A stretch of DNA of 64,000 nt, taken from positions 279,487 through 343,486 of the forward strand of contig NIVC01000896.1 of assembly GCA_002269645.1 (NCBI GenBank), in the 5' to 3' direction. The translations under genes and the position numbers were made by a program. The notes under the pieces are model-generated. The model ran no database searches. It saw only the letters and a list, made by a program, of their open reading frames with translations, and had not been told where the DNA came from. Each line of letters starts with the position of its first letter. The first letter of the stretch is position 1. Positions 60,444 through 64,000 of the stretch are shown one piece after another. The stretch is from Macrostomum lignano (Eukaryota).

Positions 60444-60770
60444 ATGGCTTTTAGTAGAACTCCATCGATGCGGCAAAATAATGTTATTATTCCTATTCCT
60501 AAACAAGAATCAAATATAAAAACATTCAAATCTCATACCAAATTTTTATTTAGTACTGTAAATGTTCAGGATAATAAGAAGCTTCAAGAATTAATTAAGT
60601 TATTAAAAAATCATATTATACTTCAAGAGTTTTGGAAAATAGGATTTAAATGGGAGAAAAAAGAAAGAATCACTCCAATACAATACCTATTGAGCTCCGG
60701 GCAAATACCCAAAGAGCGCGGGGAATTCATTTTGGTGCTATTAAAAATAGACGAGAATGTCGGTATCTGA
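60444..60770 (+). CDS. Viral hypothetical protein
   Basis: 109 aa from an AAAATG start. Confidence 0.5.
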   Translation: MAFSRTPSMRQNNVIIPIPKQESNIKTFKSHTKFLFSTVNVQDNKKLQELIKLLKNHIILQEFWKIGFKWEKKERITPIQYLLSSGQIPKERGEFILVLLKIDENVGI

Positions 60771-61400
60771 AGCAGATAAATGGGAACGCGACCGGTTCAA
60801 CCAACGTAAAGGTCAGATGTTAAGTAATGTTGATCGAATAAACTATGATTATGATTTATATGCTAAAAAAGTAAGAAGAGTTTCAAACCATATAAGAAAT
60901 ATGGACTTTTTCAATATTGGATTTGGAAGCTTATCAATGTTATGTGTAATCGTTTTAGGTATTTTACAATCTATTCCAACTCTTAATTTATCTCAATTAT
61001 TTTTAGGTATTTCAATTGGCTCAATATCAGGTTTTGAATTGATCAGAACTTATCAATACTTTTAGCAATTAAATTATATCTTAAAAAAAGAAAGGAAAAA
61101 TATAAATCATTAAGAGATTGCCAAGCAATATAAAAATCATTATATTTATATGTGCAAAAAATATTGGATGACGGAGAGATAACGATTCATGAATTATCAA
61201 CCGCGGTTGAGTTATATGAAAAATATTTAAAAGATAGAAATAGAATTTTAGATGTTGAAACTTTTACCGATATGGAATTAAAAGAGTTGAGACTCGATAA
61301 ACCCAAAGCTCCACCTATAGAAACATTAGGTATTTACGAACCTGAAACTATTGCTACTGGGGCACAAAGCCCGCGGTCAGGAAGTGCTGTAGAACTTTCA
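60757..61400 (+). CDS. Two-TM Polinton membrane protein (GasderminX-like), frameshifted
   Basis: Two hydrophobic segments, then in a shifted frame KILDDGEITIHEL..YEKY, which resembles the LxDGxIxxxE..KY motif I recall from this family. Confidence 0.5.
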
Positions 61401-62828
61401 TGTTGTTTAGTTTTTCTAATGCATATGTTATATATTCTTTCCCAAAGTGGTAACTCTCTTCTGATCCTAGGTTTAAATTTTTTATCAATACATAAAAATT
61501 CTAATGACTTTTTCAATAACATTTCGTTAGGTATGTTACCAATCCTTATAAACTTTGTATTCTCTCGAATAAGAAAATTGAAATAATATCCAACTAAAAT
61601 TAAAATCCTTTCGGAGTCTTTCGAACTTAATCCCTTTCCTTTATTTAAATGGAAAAAGTTATTATATAAATAAACATTATTTCCGGAATTAAAATTGGAT
61701 CAGAAATGTCTCTTGTAAGATTTCTTAAAATTGTGTTTTAAAATAGTAATATGAGTTTTCAATCTTTTTTGTTTTTTCAAATTGATATATTTTAGAACAT
61801 GAATAACACATATGATATATATTCTCCGTTTGCTGTTTGCCCTCTGTGCATAGTCACATTACATTTATTACAAACATAAATGTCTTTCATTTTTTTGTTA
61901 TTTTTTTAGATTAAAAATGGAAGCTGGTTCAAAACCGATTCTAATGTGATTAATTATCTCACACCCAATATGTTGGAGAATAAAGAATATAATATTATAT
62001 GTTTGAGACAGGTTAAATTTATTGGGCTTCAATCAATATTTTTACAATTAGATGGGCAAAAATTTTATGTCTAAGCGGAGATGATGTTAAAAATTTTCCT
62101 GTTTTAGTTATTAATAAACCTAAAGCGTTTGTTATGAAATACTGCAACGAGGGTGGATTGCAATTTAAACTAAAACAAACAAATAATAAAAAGAGTGATA
62201 GGACTGTAAAATTGGCGGCTGTTTGGGAGGATGACGACGAAGACTAAATTTTTTATAAGAAAATGGATACGATAAAAATCCTTATCACTAAAGAGCGTGA
62301 ACTTAATGATATTAATAAAAAAAAAATATAATTATATCTCAGAAATATCATGAGTATGGGGACGATATGTTTCCCATCCGATATGAAATAGATAAAAGAA
62401 AACGTTTTTTAATCTGCAGATTGCTTTATGCTGAAAATAGTAATTGAAATTGAAATAGATAGGTTGGTTAGAAAAATAAAAAAACTTAGGAAAAAAATAA
62501 AGGATTGTTTAAGTTACCCTGACGACTGCGAGGAAATTGGCCTTCAATAATATATGAAATCGAAATGGATATTTATGCTAAACAATTACATGCTTTAGTT
62601 TTTTTACGAAGGGTCGCGACGATAAGTAATTTTTCTGTTAATCTCTTCCAGTTATTCAAGACTTTTTCCTTATTTAATTTTTTAAGTTCTTTTGGAAATG
62701 TTGAATAATAATTATCTATATCTTTTTCATATTCTAGAAATGTATTATATTCACAATCACATTCGATTCACAATCACAATCGTAATAATAATTATTTATT
62801 GCCGCTTTGTATTCATTATATTTACTTA

Positions 62829-64000
62829 TTATATCTTCTTTTTGTTTTTTATTTTTATCATATTTTTTATCTCTTCTTTTAAACCATATGGATATGTTTT
62901 AATTTTATCATCTAAATATCTTTTATCATCAAATGGACTTAATGTTTTTTTATCTGTCTCGATGACAAACATCTGATGCTTATCTGAATTTAATCGATAT
63001 TGTGGAGCATGATAATTTTCAATTGTATTAAGGTAATCTAAAAGTACGTTTTTATAATCATCAAATGTTATCTTTTTTACTGCTGCTCTTGATACCCCTT
63101 TTATTTTTTTTACCTCTCCCTCCTGTCCTAAAACCTTAAATGCATAGCATTTTGATCTTATTGCTATAAACTCGGTTATGATTTTGCTATTTAATTCATC
63201 TTTCATTTTAAGTACAACTTTTTTATTTTGATCTGATTTTAAAGGATGGTTATCCGGATAGTCGGAGGTATCCAATGTATCCTTAATTTTTTCCATATCT
63301 TTATAGACATCGAACCTTTGGTTCGCGGACTGCCCGTCCATCTGTTTCAACCTTAAATACCAAACTGTCGGTGTCTGCATATATTGGATAGTTATCTGGC
63401 CATGTTTTTTTATAACATCATAATAGTATTCATACATTACCAGCTTTGCAAAATCTAAAAACAACCATTCAATAAATATTGGTTTAAGAAATTTTGTTGT
63501 TTTATTTCTCATATGAATACCCATAAAGTTATCATCAAATTTTATAAAGTCTTTAAAGTTAGGTTTTGAGAAATATTTCTTTGCTTTATCAATATCCTTT
63601 TCTAAATGGAATTGGGTTCTATCTCTAATATTTTCAACCGTTTTTCCATAAAAAGCATTATTCATTAATTTCCAATAATCTTTCTCAAAATTTGTTTTTG
63701 ACATCTGTCTCTGATTTGAATTAAATCAATTATATTTAGCTAACCAATCTTCCTCAATAAACGATATTGTTCGATGTACTTTGTACACTTTTAATCCCTG
63801 TTTTCATAAAATTGTAGAAGCTTTATAATGCACTACATAGTTTTTCTTATCATGTAAATTTAATATTAATTTTTTTTGTGCTAGATGTTTTGCATTATCT
63901 ACTTTAGATAATCTTTTTGTGTTTGTGATAAATCATCTTCATTAACTGAACAATGCTCTGGAGCTAAAGGTATTTATATGTTTTTTGCTTTTGCTTCCCG
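62829..64000 (-). CDS. Protein-primed DNA polymerase B, C-terminal part (frameshifted; N-terminus outside the window)
   Basis: KLMNNAFYGK, YADTDS in a shifted frame, IAIRSKCY, KIKGV and LSPFDDKRY. Upstream fragments read KLILNLHDKKNYVVHY. Confidence 0.92.

Larger units (their letters stand above)
49506..64000. mobile_element. Polinton/Maverick (adintovirus-like) endogenous virus, continuing past the window end
   Basis: AGTAGT terminus, abrupt shift to AT-rich gene-dense DNA with no evident spliceosomal introns, and genes for integrase, MCP, mCP, ATPase, adenain and pPolB. Confidence 0.95.

Overview
This is an animal nuclear genome window with GT-AG introns and very heavy satellite content; it resembles what I recall of the flatworm Macrostomum, which is an unverified inference. 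Host genes: ANAPC7 (5 exons, introns packed with satellites), two tandem ~1000-aa genes that each appear to chain four caspase-like folds with only the last one catalytically intact, a coiled-coil/glycine-rich/J-domain gene, and a secreted WSC+PAN gene. Mobile DNA: a truncated R1/LOA-type LINE, a decayed DIRS/Ngaro element, a near-complete RTE LINE, an intact IR/DR Tc1 and an ISL2EU/Harbinger-like transposase. From 49506 to the window end lies an integrated Polinton/Maverick (adintovirus-like) element encoding integrase, major and minor capsid, packaging ATPase, adenain protease, a fibre-like protein and pPolB, with a mariner inserted into it. Main discovery: a 303-nt group I intron of subgroup IC1 (51546-51848, minus strand; P1-P10 traceable, full P5abc, covarying P7, apparent omega-A) interrupts the viral PLA2-integrase gene exactly in its NFTG|PGT motif, and a free-standing HNH endonuclease gene sits immediately upstream. 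All alignments and RNA pairings were made by eye. Many single-base frameshifts may be assembly errors.
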